Positions 11,562 to 21,648 of a stretch of DNA of 64,000 bases are shown piece by piece. A model generated the notes under the pieces. It worked only from the letters and a program-made list of their open reading frames with translations, was not told the DNA's origin and did not search any database. Positions within the stretch are counted from its first letter, which is position 1; each line of letters begins with the position of its first letter. A program made the translations under genes and the position numbers. Location of the stretch: contig CAWHAZ010000005.1 in the NCBI GenBank assembly GCA_963827475.1, forward strand, positions 544,001 through 608,000, in the 5' to 3' direction. Origin of the DNA: an uncultured Chloroflexia bacterium (lineage in GTDB: Bacteria; Chloroflexota; Limnocylindria; QHBO01).

Positions 11562-12416
11562 GTGTCGTCGATCTGGCGGCCGGTCCGCGAGCGCAACCCC
11601 TCCCGCAGCCTGATGGTGATCGTCGCCCATCCGGGCGACGAGGCATTCGGGTTCGCCGGGGCGATCGCCAGCGCCGCGGCCGAGGGAGCCTACGTCGTCG
11701 TGGTGTGCGTCACCCGGGGCTACTTCGACCCCCGAATCTCCTCCAAGCCACCAGCTCCGGGCGGGCGCAACCGCGACCTGCTCGAGCCGCTCGGCTGGCG
11801 CAACCTCGACACCGTGCGCGAGGACGAGATGCGCCGCTCGGCGGCATTGCTCGGGGTGCGGGTCCTGCGCATGCTCGACTACGCTGAGGGCGACCTGCCC
11901 GCGGTCGACTACGACCACCTCGTCGGCCGCATCGTGGAGCCGATTCGCATGCACCAGCCGGAAGTGGTCCTGACCTTCGGCCCGGACGGTGTCACCGGCG
12001 ACGCGGACCACGTCACCCTGTCGCGGGCGGTGGGTGATGCCGTCAAGCTGGCCGCCGAGCCCCTCGCCTACGAGGACGACCTGGAGGAGGACCAGGTCGC
12101 CTGGCGGATCGCCAAGCTCTACCACCTCGTCGTGCCGAGCCAGGACCTGACCGTGCTCGGATCGATGTCGCCCGTCGCCGCGTACGGGACAGCCGTCGAC
12201 GCGCCGACCGTCGACCTCGCCCTCGGCGAGCTCGTCCAGCTCAAGCTGGCGGCGATCGAGCGCCACGTGTCGCAGACCGGCTCCGACGGTCCGTTCGCCG
12301 GCTGGGACCCGGACCGCCGCGACGCCTGGCTCGCCGACGAGCACTACCAGCTGGCCGTCTCCAACCTCGGCGAGGCCTCCGGCACGGAATCGACCCTGTT
12401 CGACGGCCTCGCCTGA
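11562..12416 (+). CDS. PIG-L/LmbE family deacetylase
   Basis: VAHPGDE, REDEMRRSAALLG, TFGPDG..GDADH, HVSQ. Confidence 0.85.
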   Translation: MSSIWRPVRERNPSRSLMVIVAHPGDEAFGFAGAIASAAAEGAYVVVVCVTRGYFDPRISSKPPAPGGRNRDLLEPLGWRNLDTVREDEMRRSAALLGVRVLRMLDYAEGDLPAVDYDHLVGRIVEPIRMHQPEVVLTFGPDGVTGDADHVTLSRAVGDAVKLAAEPLAYEDDLEEDQVAWRIAKLYHLVVPSQDLTVLGSMSPVAAYGTAVDAPTVDLALGELVQLKLAAIERHVSQTGSDGPFAGWDPDRRDAWLADEHYQLAVSNLGEASGTESTLFDGLA

Positions 12417-12460
12417 GCGTGTGCCGGCGATCTTCCTGAACGTCTGATACGCTCGCCTCG

Positions 12461-13546
12461 GTGACTACCACGCTGACCGACGAGGCGATCATGGCTGCCC
12501 TGGCCCGGGTCAAGGACCCGGAGATCGGGCGAGACCTGGTTGCGCTGAACATGGTTCGCGGGATCGACATCGACGGGTCGCTGGTCACGATCACGGTCGA
12601 GCTCACCACCCCGGCCTGTCCCCTCAAGGCCACGATCGAGTCCGACATCGCGGACGAGCTCACCGGACTGGGGGCGGGCGCGGTGAAGATCGAGTGGGCC
12701 TCGAACGTGAAGCGGACCTTCGGTGGGCCGATGGCCGACCTCATCCCCGGCGTGCGGAACACGATCGCCGTCGCCTCCGGCAAGGGTGGCGTGGGCAAGA
12801 CCACGGTCGCCGTGAACCTGGCGGTCAGCCTGGCACGGGACGGGGCCACGGTCGGCCTGCTTGACGCGGACATCACCGGTCCCAATGTCCCGCTGATGAT
12901 GGGAACCCAGGAGGGCCACGTGACCGGCAATGCCGGGCGGGTCAACCCGGTCGTCGCCCATGGCGTGAAGATGATGAGCATCCAGTACTTCCTCACCGGT
13001 GACGCGCCGGTCATCTGGCGCGGCCCGCTCATCCATTCCGCCATCCAGCAGTTCCTGCGCGACGTGGAATGGGGCGACCTCGACTACCTCGTCATCGACC
13101 TCCCACCGGGGACCGGCGACGCCTCGCTGTCGCTGGCCCAGCTCATCCCGCTGTCGGGGGCGGTGATCGTCACCACCCCCCAGGAGGTCTCACTCCTCGA
13201 CGCGCGCAAGGCGATCGCGATGTTCTCCAAGGTCAACGTCCGGACCCTGGGCGTGGTCGAGAACATGAGCGGCTTCATCTGTCCCGACTGCGGCACCGAG
13301 CACGACCTTTTCGGCTCCGGTGGCGCAGCGTCCATCGCGCGCGAGCTCGGCCTCGAGGTCCTCGGTCGCATCCCCCTCGAGCCGGCCGTGCGGTCCGGTG
13401 GCGACGCGGGCGTCCCGATCACCTCGGCCCAGCATCCCGACTCGGACACGTCGGCCGCCGCGGCCGCACTCCGCGAGGTCTCCCGAGTCGTGGCTGGCCG
13501 GATCTCGGTCCTGGCCGCCCCCATGGCCGCCGCCGCGGCCAGCTGA
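12461..13546 (+). CDS. apbC: Mrp/NBP35 Fe-S cluster carrier ATPase
   Basis: SGKGGVGKTT, DLPPGTGD, ENMS..CPDC; N-terminal DUF59-like region. Confidence 0.95.
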   Translation: MTTTLTDEAIMAALARVKDPEIGRDLVALNMVRGIDIDGSLVTITVELTTPACPLKATIESDIADELTGLGAGAVKIEWASNVKRTFGGPMADLIPGVRNTIAVASGKGGVGKTTVAVNLAVSLARDGATVGLLDADITGPNVPLMMGTQEGHVTGNAGRVNPVVAHGVKMMSIQYFLTGDAPVIWRGPLIHSAIQQFLRDVEWGDLDYLVIDLPPGTGDASLSLAQLIPLSGAVIVTTPQEVSLLDARKAIAMFSKVNVRTLGVVENMSGFICPDCGTEHDLFGSGGAASIARELGLEVLGRIPLEPAVRSGGDAGVPITSAQHPDSDTSAAAAALREVSRVVAGRISVLAAPMAAAAAS

Positions 13547-13558
13547 CGGACCCGCGCC

Positions 13559-14624
13559 CTAGGCCGCCTTGCCCTCGCGCTGGTACGGCTGCCCGTCGGC
13601 GGCCGGCGGGATGCTCTTCCCGACGACGCCGGCCAGGACGATGATCGTGATCAGGTACGGCAGCGCGTTGTAGAACTCACCGCGGAATGGCGGTCAGGAG
13701 CTCGCCCAGCTCGCCCGGGGGTGGGGCGATCCGGATCGACCGCTCGAGGCCGACCGAAGCGGTGAACAGCAGCGCCCCGAGGAAGGCGCCCACCGGCGTA
13801 TAGCGGCCGAAGATCAGCGCTGCCAGTGCGATGAACCCGCGGCCGTTCGTCATCCCGCTCTGGAACGCATCCCCGAACTCGATGGTCAGGTAGGCGCCGG
13901 CCAGGCCGGCGAAGATGCCGCCGAGGATGACGTTCCGATACCGGAGCCGGATCACGTCGATGCCCACCGTCTCGGCGGCGCGGGGATGCTCGCCAACGGC
14001 CCGGGTCCGCAGCCCCCAGCGGGATCGGTACAGGAGGAATTGGAGCAGGACGACGCTGATGAGCATCGTCAGCGCAATCGGCCCGACCTCGATGAACGAC
14101 TCGAGGAGCAGCCCGATGACCGGCAGGTCGGTCAGTGCGTCGGGAAGGCTGATGCTCCCGAACTGCCCGCCAGACGGCGGGGCGGTCGCGCTGACGAGGA
14201 TGTTCAGGTAGCCGGTGACGCCGATGGCGAACAGGTTGATGATCGTGCCGCTGATGATCTGGTCGGCCCGGACGCTGATCGACAGCCAGGCGTGCAGCGC
14301 CGAGGTCAGGCACGCGGCGCCGATCCCGGCTGCCAGGCCGATGAGCAGGGCGGGAGTGATCCCCAGCGGCCCGGACCGGATCGGGATGACCTCGGCAGCC
14401 AGGGAAGCTGCCCACCAGGCAACGAAGGCCGCGATCAGCATCATGCCCTCGATGCCGATGTTCACCACGCCAGTCCGCTCGTTCATGAAGCCGCACATGG
14501 CGCCGAGGACGATCGGCACGGCCGAGGCCACGATGATCGGGGCGAGCAGCGGGAACTGGGTGAGGACGTAGACGACGAACTGGATGACGAGACCGATGAC
14601 CGGGATGTCGTACAGGGCTTCCAC
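13559..14624 (-). CDS. nucleoside ABC transporter permease 2; frameshift near 13680
   Basis: ERTGVVNIGIEG, GRGFIALAALIFG; C-terminus LPYLITIIVLAG..PAADGQPY lies in a shifted frame. Confidence 0.9.
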
Positions 14625-14626
14625 GG

Positions 14627-15751
14627 TCAGGTGCCTCCCGTGCCCGTGCCGCTGCCGCCATACGACCGGCTGACCGACGCGATCTCAACCAGCTCCCCGG
14701 CCTTCTCGCGCACGCGGAACACGCGGCGGACGACGATGTCGGCGGTGATGAACAGGAGGATCACGGCCTGGAGGAGGTCGACCATCTGGGGCGGCATGCC
14801 AGCCTGGATCTGCATGTTGCCTGCCCCGGCTTGCATGCCGCCGAACAGGAGGGCGGAGAACAGGATGCCGACCGGGTGCGCCCGGCCCAAGAGGGCCACC
14901 GCGATCGCCTCGAACCCGACTGGGGCCGTGTAGGAGGCGGCCAGGAACCCGATCTGGCCGAGGATCTGCGTGATCCCCGCAAGACCGGCGAACAGCCCGC
15001 ACAGGGACATCGTCAGGATGATCACGCCCCGCGGCCGCATGCCGGCGTAGCGGGCGGCATCGGGGTTCGCGCCGGTCGTCCGGATCTCGAAGCCGGTGGT
15101 GCTGCGGTAGAGGAGCCAGTAGGCGATCGGAACCGCCACGGCGGCGAACAGGATCCCGAGGTGCCCGTTCCGGCCGATGAAGATCGGCAGGGCGGCGGCC
15201 TCGATGTCATCGGTCCGGGCGAAGGTCACGCCGGTGCCGATGAGCGGCCCGGATACGGCCCACGAAATGATCGAGAAGGCCACGAAGTTCAGCATGATCG
15301 TCACCACCACCTCGTGGGCACCCGTGAACGCCTTCAGTGCGCCCGGGATGAAGCCGTAGATCGCTCCGCCGACCATGCCGCCGATGACGGCTGCGGGGAT
15401 GGCGACGACCGGCGACGCGTCGTTCAGGGCCAGGGCGACCGCCGTCCCGATCAGGGCTCCGATCACCATCTGGCCCGAGGCGCCGATGTTGAACAGGCCG
15501 CCCTTGAAGCCGATGCCGATGCCCAGGCCCGCGAGCAGCAGCGGGGTCGCGTTCACGAGGGTGTTGACGATGGCGTCGACAGACCCCAATGCGCCGCCGA
15601 TCATGGCCGCGTAGGCCTCGAGCGGCAGCGTCAGGCTGAAGGAACCGGTGACGAGCGGGCTGGTCAGGATCATCACCACGGCCCCCACCAGGAGGGCGAG
15701 GACGACGGAGAGGGCGGGGATGAGGGCCACGGACCGAAGCCGGGCGATCAT
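14627..15751 (-). CDS. nucleoside ABC transporter permease 1
   Basis: GLFNIGASGQ, HEVVVTIMLN, GFEAIAVALLGRAHP. Confidence 0.92.
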   Translation of the reverse strand: MIARLRSVALIPALSVVLALLVGAVVMILTSPLVTGSFSLTLPLEAYAAMIGGALGSVDAIVNTLVNATPLLLAGLGIGIGFKGGLFNIGASGQMVIGALIGTAVALALNDASPVVAIPAAVIGGMVGGAIYGFIPGALKAFTGAHEVVVTIMLNFVAFSIISWAVSGPLIGTGVTFARTDDIEAAALPIFIGRNGHLGILFAAVAVPIAYWLLYRSTTGFEIRTTGANPDAARYAGMRPRGVIILTMSLCGLFAGLAGITQILGQIGFLAASYTAPVGFEAIAVALLGRAHPVGILFSALLFGGMQAGAGNMQIQAGMPPQMVDLLQAVILLFITADIVVRRVFRVREKAGELVEIASVSRSYGGSGTGTGGT

Positions 15752-17325
15752 GAGGCGATGTCCTCGACGACCTGCTCCTGGATGCCACTTTCCCGCCCCC
15801 CAGTGGCCATCAACAGCCCGACATCCTCCTTGTCCGCGGTCCGGCCGTCGAGGACCTCCACGATCCGCCCGCGGTACATGACCGCGATCCGATCGGAGAG
15901 CTCGAGGACCTCGTCGAGCTCGGCCGAGACGAGGAGGACCGCGACCCCCGTGTCGCGCCGCGCGATCGCCTGGCGGTGGATGAACTCGATGCTCCCCACG
16001 TCCAGGCCTCGCGTCGGCTGGTCGAGGACCAGCAGCTTCAGATCCCCCTCGAACTCGCGGGCGACGACCACCTTCTGCTGGTTGCCACCCGACAGGGTGT
16101 TCGCCGGGACCGAGGCCGAAGGCGTGCGCACGTCGTACTTCTCGATGGCCGCCTTGGCATCGGCCTTGATCGCATCCGGGTTCCAGGCCATCCCACGCGA
16201 GTAGGGCGGGTGGTAGTAGTCGTTCAGGACGAGGTTGTCCGCGATCGGGAAGCTCATGACCATCCCGAACCGATGGCGGTCGCCGGGTACGAACCCCACC
16301 CCCATCCGATGGAGCCGCCGCGGACCGGCCCCGGTCACGTTCTCCCCGGCGAGGGAGACGCTCCCGCTCTGCGGCGTGCGGAGCCCGGTTACGGCCCCGA
16401 CCAGCTCGTCCTGACCGTTCCCCGCCACGCCGGCAATGCCGAAGATCTCGCCGGCGCGGACCTCGAAGCTGACACCGTGGACGACTTCGTGACCCCGGTC
16501 GTCCCGAACCACGAGGTCATCGACCTCCAGGGCAACCGTCGTCGGATGGCTCTCGCCGCGGTCGACGGTCAGCTGCACCTCGCGGCCGACCATCATCTCG
16601 GCCAACTCGTCCTCGTTTGTCTCCGCCGGCCGCCGGCTGCCGACGACCCGACCGCGACGGATGACGGTGATTCGGTCCGCGATTTCGAGGACTTCGTACA
16701 GCTTGTGGCTGATGAAGATGATGGCGTAGCCCTCCGCCTTCAGTCGGCGGAGAACCTCGAAGATCTCGCGCGTTTCCTGCGGGGTGAGCACGGCCGTCGG
16801 CTCGTCGAGGACCAGGATCTTTGCTTTGCGATAGATGGCCTTGAGAATCTCGACCCGCTGCTGCCAGCCGACGGACAGCTGGCCCACCGGCCGATCGGGG
16901 TCGATCTCCCAGCCGAGCGATTTGCCGAGCTCCCGGATCGTCTCTGCGGCACGGCTCTTGTCGAGGAGGCCGCCGCGCCGCATCGGTTCGTCGCCGAGCA
17001 GGATGTTGTCCGCGACCGAGAGGACCGGGATGAGCATGAAGTGCTGGTGGACCATGCTGATCCCGCGTTCGATGGCGTCGTGCGGACTGGCGATCTCGAT
17101 CGGCTGGCCGTCCAACAGGATCTCGCCCTCGTTCGGCGTGGCGAGGCCGTACAGGACGTTCATGAGCGTGGACTTGCCGGCACCGTTTTCGCCAAGCAGG
17201 GCATGGATCTCGCCGGCCCGGAGGTCGAGGCTGATCCCTTCGCAGGCCACCACGCCCGGGAAGCGCTTCGTGATCCGCCGCATCTCGAGAAGCGGGGGAG
17301 CAGTAGCCGCAGTCTCCGCGTTCAT
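15748..17325 (-). CDS. nucleoside/sugar ABC transporter ATP-binding protein (two NBDs)
   Basis: GENGAGKST, LDEPT, LSGGNQQK. Confidence 0.95.
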   Translation of the reverse strand: MNAETAATAPPLLEMRRITKRFPGVVACEGISLDLRAGEIHALLGENGAGKSTLMNVLYGLATPNEGEILLDGQPIEIASPHDAIERGISMVHQHFMLIPVLSVADNILLGDEPMRRGGLLDKSRAAETIRELGKSLGWEIDPDRPVGQLSVGWQQRVEILKAIYRKAKILVLDEPTAVLTPQETREIFEVLRRLKAEGYAIIFISHKLYEVLEIADRITVIRRGRVVGSRRPAETNEDELAEMMVGREVQLTVDRGESHPTTVALEVDDLVVRDDRGHEVVHGVSFEVRAGEIFGIAGVAGNGQDELVGAVTGLRTPQSGSVSLAGENVTGAGPRRLHRMGVGFVPGDRHRFGMVMSFPIADNLVLNDYYHPPYSRGMAWNPDAIKADAKAAIEKYDVRTPSASVPANTLSGGNQQKVVVAREFEGDLKLLVLDQPTRGLDVGSIEFIHRQAIARRDTGVAVLLVSAELDEVLELSDRIAVMYRGRIVEVLDGRTADKEDVGLLMATGGRESGIQEQVVEDIAS

Positions 17326-17366
17326 CGTCCGAATTGTGGCTCCGTGCCTAGCTCCGGGGAGATATG

Positions 17367-17400
17367 ACGAGCGGGCCGATCCGGGGATCGGCCCGCTCGT
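17367..17400. terminator. intergenic stem-loop after the BMP gene
   Basis: ACGAGCGGGCCGATCC-GG-GGATCGGCCCGCTCGT perfect 16-bp inverted repeat. Confidence 0.7.
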
Positions 17401-17431
17401 GTGTGGGTCCAGTCAGGTCAGCTGACGGAGA

Positions 17432-18616
17432 TCAGGTTCCCGGGTCCCCGTCACCGCCACCGAAGTAGCAGTTCGAATCGGTTCCCGACTCCCAGCGTTC
17501 CGGCTGGCAGACGTCCAGGGAGCCGTCGACCATCGCGTCGAACGCGTTGTCGATCGTGCCCTGGATGTCGTCGGTGATGACCTCGCCGAACTGGTAGTAC
17601 GGGGCAAGGCCAACCATGCCCTCGGCAGCGTTCAGGAACACGTTCCAGCTGCGCTCTTCACCGGCGGCGAAGTCCTGGATGGCCTCGCTCACCGACGCGG
17701 AAAGCTTCTTCTCGGCGCTGGTCACGATGCACTCCGCCGAGTCCGGGGTGGACACCCACTGGTCGACGTCGACGCCGATCGCGTAGATGCCTGCCTCCTC
17801 GACGGCCTGGAGCATGCCGTTTCCGGTCTTGCCCGCGACCTGGAAGAGGACATCAACCGCCTCGTTCTGGGCCAGGAACTGCTCGGCGAAGGTCTTGCCT
17901 GACGCCGGGTCGTTGAAGGCCAGGGTGAGGTCGCTGTCGGTCACATACTCGAGGATGACGGTCGCGTCCTCGTTGGTCGCGAGCGCGCCGTTCTGGAATC
18001 CACGCATGTAGTTCACGACAGGCGGGATGTTGCTGTGCCCACCGAGCGCGGCGACGGTGCCGCTCGCGCTGATGCTCGCCGCCACGATGCCGGCCAGGTA
18101 ACCGGCCTGCGCCTCGTTGTAGATGAGGCTCTCGTAGTTCGGCAGCGCCTCTTCCGGCGCCATCGTCTGGAACTGGTCGACGCCGATGAAGTGGACGTCG
18201 GGGTTTTCCGTGGCGGCCTCGAGGGTCGCCGCGCCGATGGCGAATCCGACGGTCACGATGATGTCGGACCCAGCGTCTATCTGGGACTGGATGTTCGCCG
18301 CGTATTCCGAATCGTCCTGGGTCACGACGGCGGTCGGCTCCGCGGCGCCGATGGTGGCCGCGCCGTGAAGCGCGCCTTCCCAGCTGAACTGGTTGAAGTT
18401 CCGGTCGTCAAGGGAACCGACGTCGGTGACGACGCCAATGACGAGGTCGCTCTCGCCCGTCGCCTCCACTGAGGGCAGTGGCTCGGCCACGTTGTCGCCG
18501 ATCTCCCGGCAGAGTCCCTTCCCGACATCGATCGTGCCACCGCTGGTACACGCGGCGAGCACGAGCATCGTCGTGCCAATGAGCGCGAAGTAACCAAACC
18601 TTCGCTGAGTCCGCAT
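17432..18616 (-). CDS. BMP family nucleoside-binding lipoprotein
   Basis: lipobox LAAC, DDRNFNQ, IGVDQ, AGKTGNG, IGVDVDQ; GGAGGAG RBS. Confidence 0.92.
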   Translation of the reverse strand: MRTQRRFGYFALIGTTMLVLAACTSGGTIDVGKGLCREIGDNVAEPLPSVEATGESDLVIGVVTDVGSLDDRNFNQFSWEGALHGAATIGAAEPTAVVTQDDSEYAANIQSQIDAGSDIIVTVGFAIGAATLEAATENPDVHFIGVDQFQTMAPEEALPNYESLIYNEAQAGYLAGIVAASISASGTVAALGGHSNIPPVVNYMRGFQNGALATNEDATVILEYVTDSDLTLAFNDPASGKTFAEQFLAQNEAVDVLFQVAGKTGNGMLQAVEEAGIYAIGVDVDQWVSTPDSAECIVTSAEKKLSASVSEAIQDFAAGEERSWNVFLNAAEGMVGLAPYYQFGEVITDDIQGTIDNAFDAMVDGSLDVCQPERWESGTDSNCYFGGGDGDPGT

Positions 18617-18733
18617 GAATCTCCTCCACCCGTATGGGGGTCTTCCTCCGTTCCCGCTGGTCGCGGACAAAGCGCGGACGGGCGGGGCTCGGGCACGGTC
18701 AGCGGGGCAGCTGGTCCGGCCGAATGCCGCCGC

Positions 18734-18763
18734 ATCATACAGGGGACCCGATTCGCGCCACAA
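18734..18763 (-). promoter_or_regulatory. putative promoter of the BMP-ABC operon
   Basis: minus strand TTGTGG-N18-TATGAT, about 115 nt upstream of the ATG. Confidence 0.45.
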
Positions 18764-18812
18764 GATTTCCGGCACGGTCGGCGCCGGGTCCGCCGCCCGT
18801 ATCATCGGTCCG

Positions 18813-19663
18813 GTGAGCGGCCCCCAGCCGGCGACTCCGCTGCGCCTCGTCATCCTCGACATGGACGGTGTGCTCTACCGCGGCGACCAGCCGATTCCCG
18901 GTGCGTCCGACCTGGCGCGGCGCCTCCACGGAGCGGGAGTGCAGGTGCGCTACGCGACGAACAACTCGATGTTCACGCGGGCCGCGTACGCGGAGCGGCT
19001 TCGGTCGATGGGCATCGCCGCGACGCCCGACGAGATCGTGACCTCGACCTCCGCCACCATCGAGCACCTGCGCCGCCACGAGCCCGCCGTGCGGTCCGTG
19101 CTGGCCGTCGGCGCCCCGGGCATGGTCGACGAGCTGCGGGCGGCCGGGCTTGACCGTCCGCCCCGCGGCCGAACCGAGCGCACGCGAGCGACCGGCCGGT
19201 GGATGCGGTGCTGGTCGGGCTCGACCCGGAGTTCGACGCCGCGCGGCTGGACGCGGCCGTCGCCGCCATCCGGGGCGGCGCCCGGTTCATCGCCACCAAC
19301 GCGGACGCGCGCTACCCGACGCCCACCGGATTCCGGCCAGGGGCGGGGGCGATGGTGGCCGCCATCACCGATGCGACCGGCGTTTCGCCGTTGGTCATCG
19401 GCAAGCCGGCGCCGGCGATGTTCACCGCCATCCTCGAGGCAGCCGGCGTGACCCCGGGGCAGGCCGTCGTCATCGGTGACAACCCGGACTCGGACATCGC
19501 CGGCGCCCATCGGTCAGGGATCGAGAGCATCCTGATCCTGACCGGGGTGACCGATGGGCAGGCGGTCGACGGACTGACCGGGGAGCGGCGACCCGACCAC
19601 GTCGCCGCGGACCCGGCCGCCGCCTGGGACCTGCTCGCCGATCGGCTGACGGCTGGAGGCTGA
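18813..19663 (+). CDS. HAD-IIA hydrolase (NagD-like); frameshift(s) near 19150-19200
   Basis: DMDGVL, TNNS in one frame; ATNAD, IGKP, IGDNPDSDI in another. Confidence 0.88.
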
Positions 19664-19670
19664 CCGCGAG

Positions 19671-20732
19671 TCAGGCCCCCAGCGGGTTGCGGCTCGCGGT
19701 CCAGGCGTGCCACGCCCGCGCCGCCTCCGCGCGACGAGCGGCAAGCTCGAGCGGGGAGCTGAAGCCGCGTCGGAAGCCGTTGATCGCGATCTCCGCGAGC
19801 TCCTCCGCCGTCATCCCGGTGGCCAGGGCCACCGCGGCCAGCTCGGCGCTGAGCGTCGTCTGGCTGACCGTTCGGTCATCGGTCGACACTGTCACGCTCA
19901 CCCCCTCGCGGTGCAACCGCGTGACTGGGTGTGCGGCGAGGTCGGTCACCGTGCCGGCCTGGACGTTGCTGGTCGGGCACAGGTCGAGCGTGATGCCGCG
20001 CTCGCGGAGGGTCTCGACCAGGCGAGGATCGCCGATGGCGGTGGCGCCGTGGGCGACCCGGGTGACGCCGAACTCGAGCACCTCCCAGATCCGATCCGTA
20101 CCCGGCGTCTCGCCCGCATGCGCGGTCAGGCCCAAACCGGCGGCGGCCGCCGCCCGGAACGCCGCCGCGTGGGGTGGGGCCGGGTAGTCCGCCTCCAGCC
20201 CGGCGAGGTCGAATCCGACGACCGGGGGCCCGAACGCCGCCGCCCGTTGGGCCAGCTCGACGTTGGCTCCGGGTGGGTGCGAGCGCAGGGCGGTGACCAC
20301 CAGCCCGATCAGCGGCGCCGAGGCCCCGAGCGCGTCTCGCGCAGCCGCCACGCCGTCGGCCACGGCCTCCAGCACGTCGGTGACCCCCAGCCCCTGTTCG
20401 AGGTGCAGGCGCGGGGCCCAGCGGATCTCGCCGTAGGTGACCCCGTCGGCGGACATGTCCTCGACCAGGTCGGCGGCGGCCCGACGCAGCGCCTCGGTCG
20501 TCTGCAGGAGGCGGATCGGGAGCTCGAAATAGGTGAGCAGCTCTGCCTGATCGCGGCAGTGCGGCGGTGCCGCGAGCCGCCTCCGGGCGTCGTCCAGGCT
20601 GAGGTCGATCCCGGCGTCGGCGGCCAGCTCGACCGCGGTTTCCGGTCGCAGCGCCCCATCGAGATGCTGGTGCAGCTCCGCCTTCGGCAGCCGTCGGAGC
20701 GTCTCCACCAGGGCGGAGGAGTCAGGTGACAT
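19671..20732 (-). CDS. add: adenosine deaminase
   Basis: LPKAELHQHLDG, AHAGE, HG, CPTSN, STDD. Confidence 0.9.
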   Translation of the reverse strand: MSPDSSALVETLRRLPKAELHQHLDGALRPETAVELAADAGIDLSLDDARRRLAAPPHCRDQAELLTYFELPIRLLQTTEALRRAAADLVEDMSADGVTYGEIRWAPRLHLEQGLGVTDVLEAVADGVAAARDALGASAPLIGLVVTALRSHPPGANVELAQRAAAFGPPVVGFDLAGLEADYPAPPHAAAFRAAAAAGLGLTAHAGETPGTDRIWEVLEFGVTRVAHGATAIGDPRLVETLRERGITLDLCPTSNVQAGTVTDLAAHPVTRLHREGVSVTVSTDDRTVSQTTLSAELAAVALATGMTAEELAEIAINGFRRGFSSPLELAARRAEAARAWHAWTASRNPLGA

Positions 20733-20752
20733 CGGGGCATGATAGGAGCCGC

Positions 20753-21625
20753 GTGAGACGCCTCGTTGCCATCCTGGCTGCCGTCGCGGCCGTGGCCCTG
20801 CTCTTCGGCGCCGGTCCCGCCGAGCCGGCCGTCGCCGATCCGGTCCGACAGGCTGCGCTCCGCCGCGTGGCCGCCAGCCAGGCCGCCGACGCGGATGCGG
20901 CGCTCGAGGAGGCGCAGGACCTCATGAACGAGGGCCTGCGCGAAGCCGGGCGTGGCCAGGCGGCCGCCCTGTCCGGCACCGAGGACCCGCCCGCGATCAT
21001 GGACCAGGCCGCACTGTCCTTCGAGGCGGCCGCGGCGCCGATCGAGGTCGCCCAGGCAGCGCTGACCGACCTGGGCTGGACCTTGCGCGTCCTCGATCCG
21101 GAAGGGACGCCGCCGACGCTTGCCCTCCGGGGGCCCGACATGGTCGCCCTCGGCGCGCAGTGGCGCGCCACCGGCCTGCCCCTGGCCGCGGTGGCGGATC
21201 TGCGGCACGCCGCGGAGGCGACCCTCACCGCCCTCGGGGACGCGCTGGCGGCCCTGGAGCGGGACGACGCGGCGGGGGCGTTGGAGTCCCTGGCCGAGGC
21301 CGAGGCCGCGCTGGACGTGGTGCGCGCGTCCGAGGACGAGCTCCCGACCCTGCCCTTCTGGATCGCGACCGTCGATGCGCTGATCGCGGCCACCACCGAC
21401 ATCGCGGAGGCCGTCCTGGCAGGCGATCCCGTCGCCCTGGCCGAGGCGCAGGCCGCGTATGACGCCGCCGCCGGCGACGCGTCGCGGGCGGACCAGGCCC
21501 TCGTCATCGCCCTCGGCGAGACCGCGGCGGGGATCACCGCGCCCGCCTCCGCCGCGTCCGGCGAGGCCCAGCGGGAGGTGGCCGCGACCCGGGCGGCGAT
21601 CGGCGCCCTGTCTATACTCCCCTGA
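20753..21625 (+). CDS. exported Ala-rich helical hypothetical protein
   Basis: signal-peptide-like N-terminus; AGGAG upstream of GTG; no family recognised. Confidence 0.6.
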   Translation: MRRLVAILAAVAAVALLFGAGPAEPAVADPVRQAALRRVAASQAADADAALEEAQDLMNEGLREAGRGQAAALSGTEDPPAIMDQAALSFEAAAAPIEVAQAALTDLGWTLRVLDPEGTPPTLALRGPDMVALGAQWRATGLPLAAVADLRHAAEATLTALGDALAALERDDAAGALESLAEAEAALDVVRASEDELPTLPFWIATVDALIAATTDIAEAVLAGDPVALAEAQAAYDAAAGDASRADQALVIALGETAAGITAPASAASGEAQREVAATRAAIGALSILP

Positions 21626-21648
21626 CCCCCCACGCCCGAGGAGAGCAC

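Noticed and set aside
13677-13690. In-frame TGA in the ABC permease as possible selenocysteine or read-through
   Set aside because: The conserved C-terminus continues in a different frame, so this is an indel and not stop recoding
17333-17344. 12-bp match to the tRNA-His anticodon loop as a secondary att site
   Set aside because: Too short, lies inside an intact operon and shows no compositional break; a chance match or -10 element is more likely
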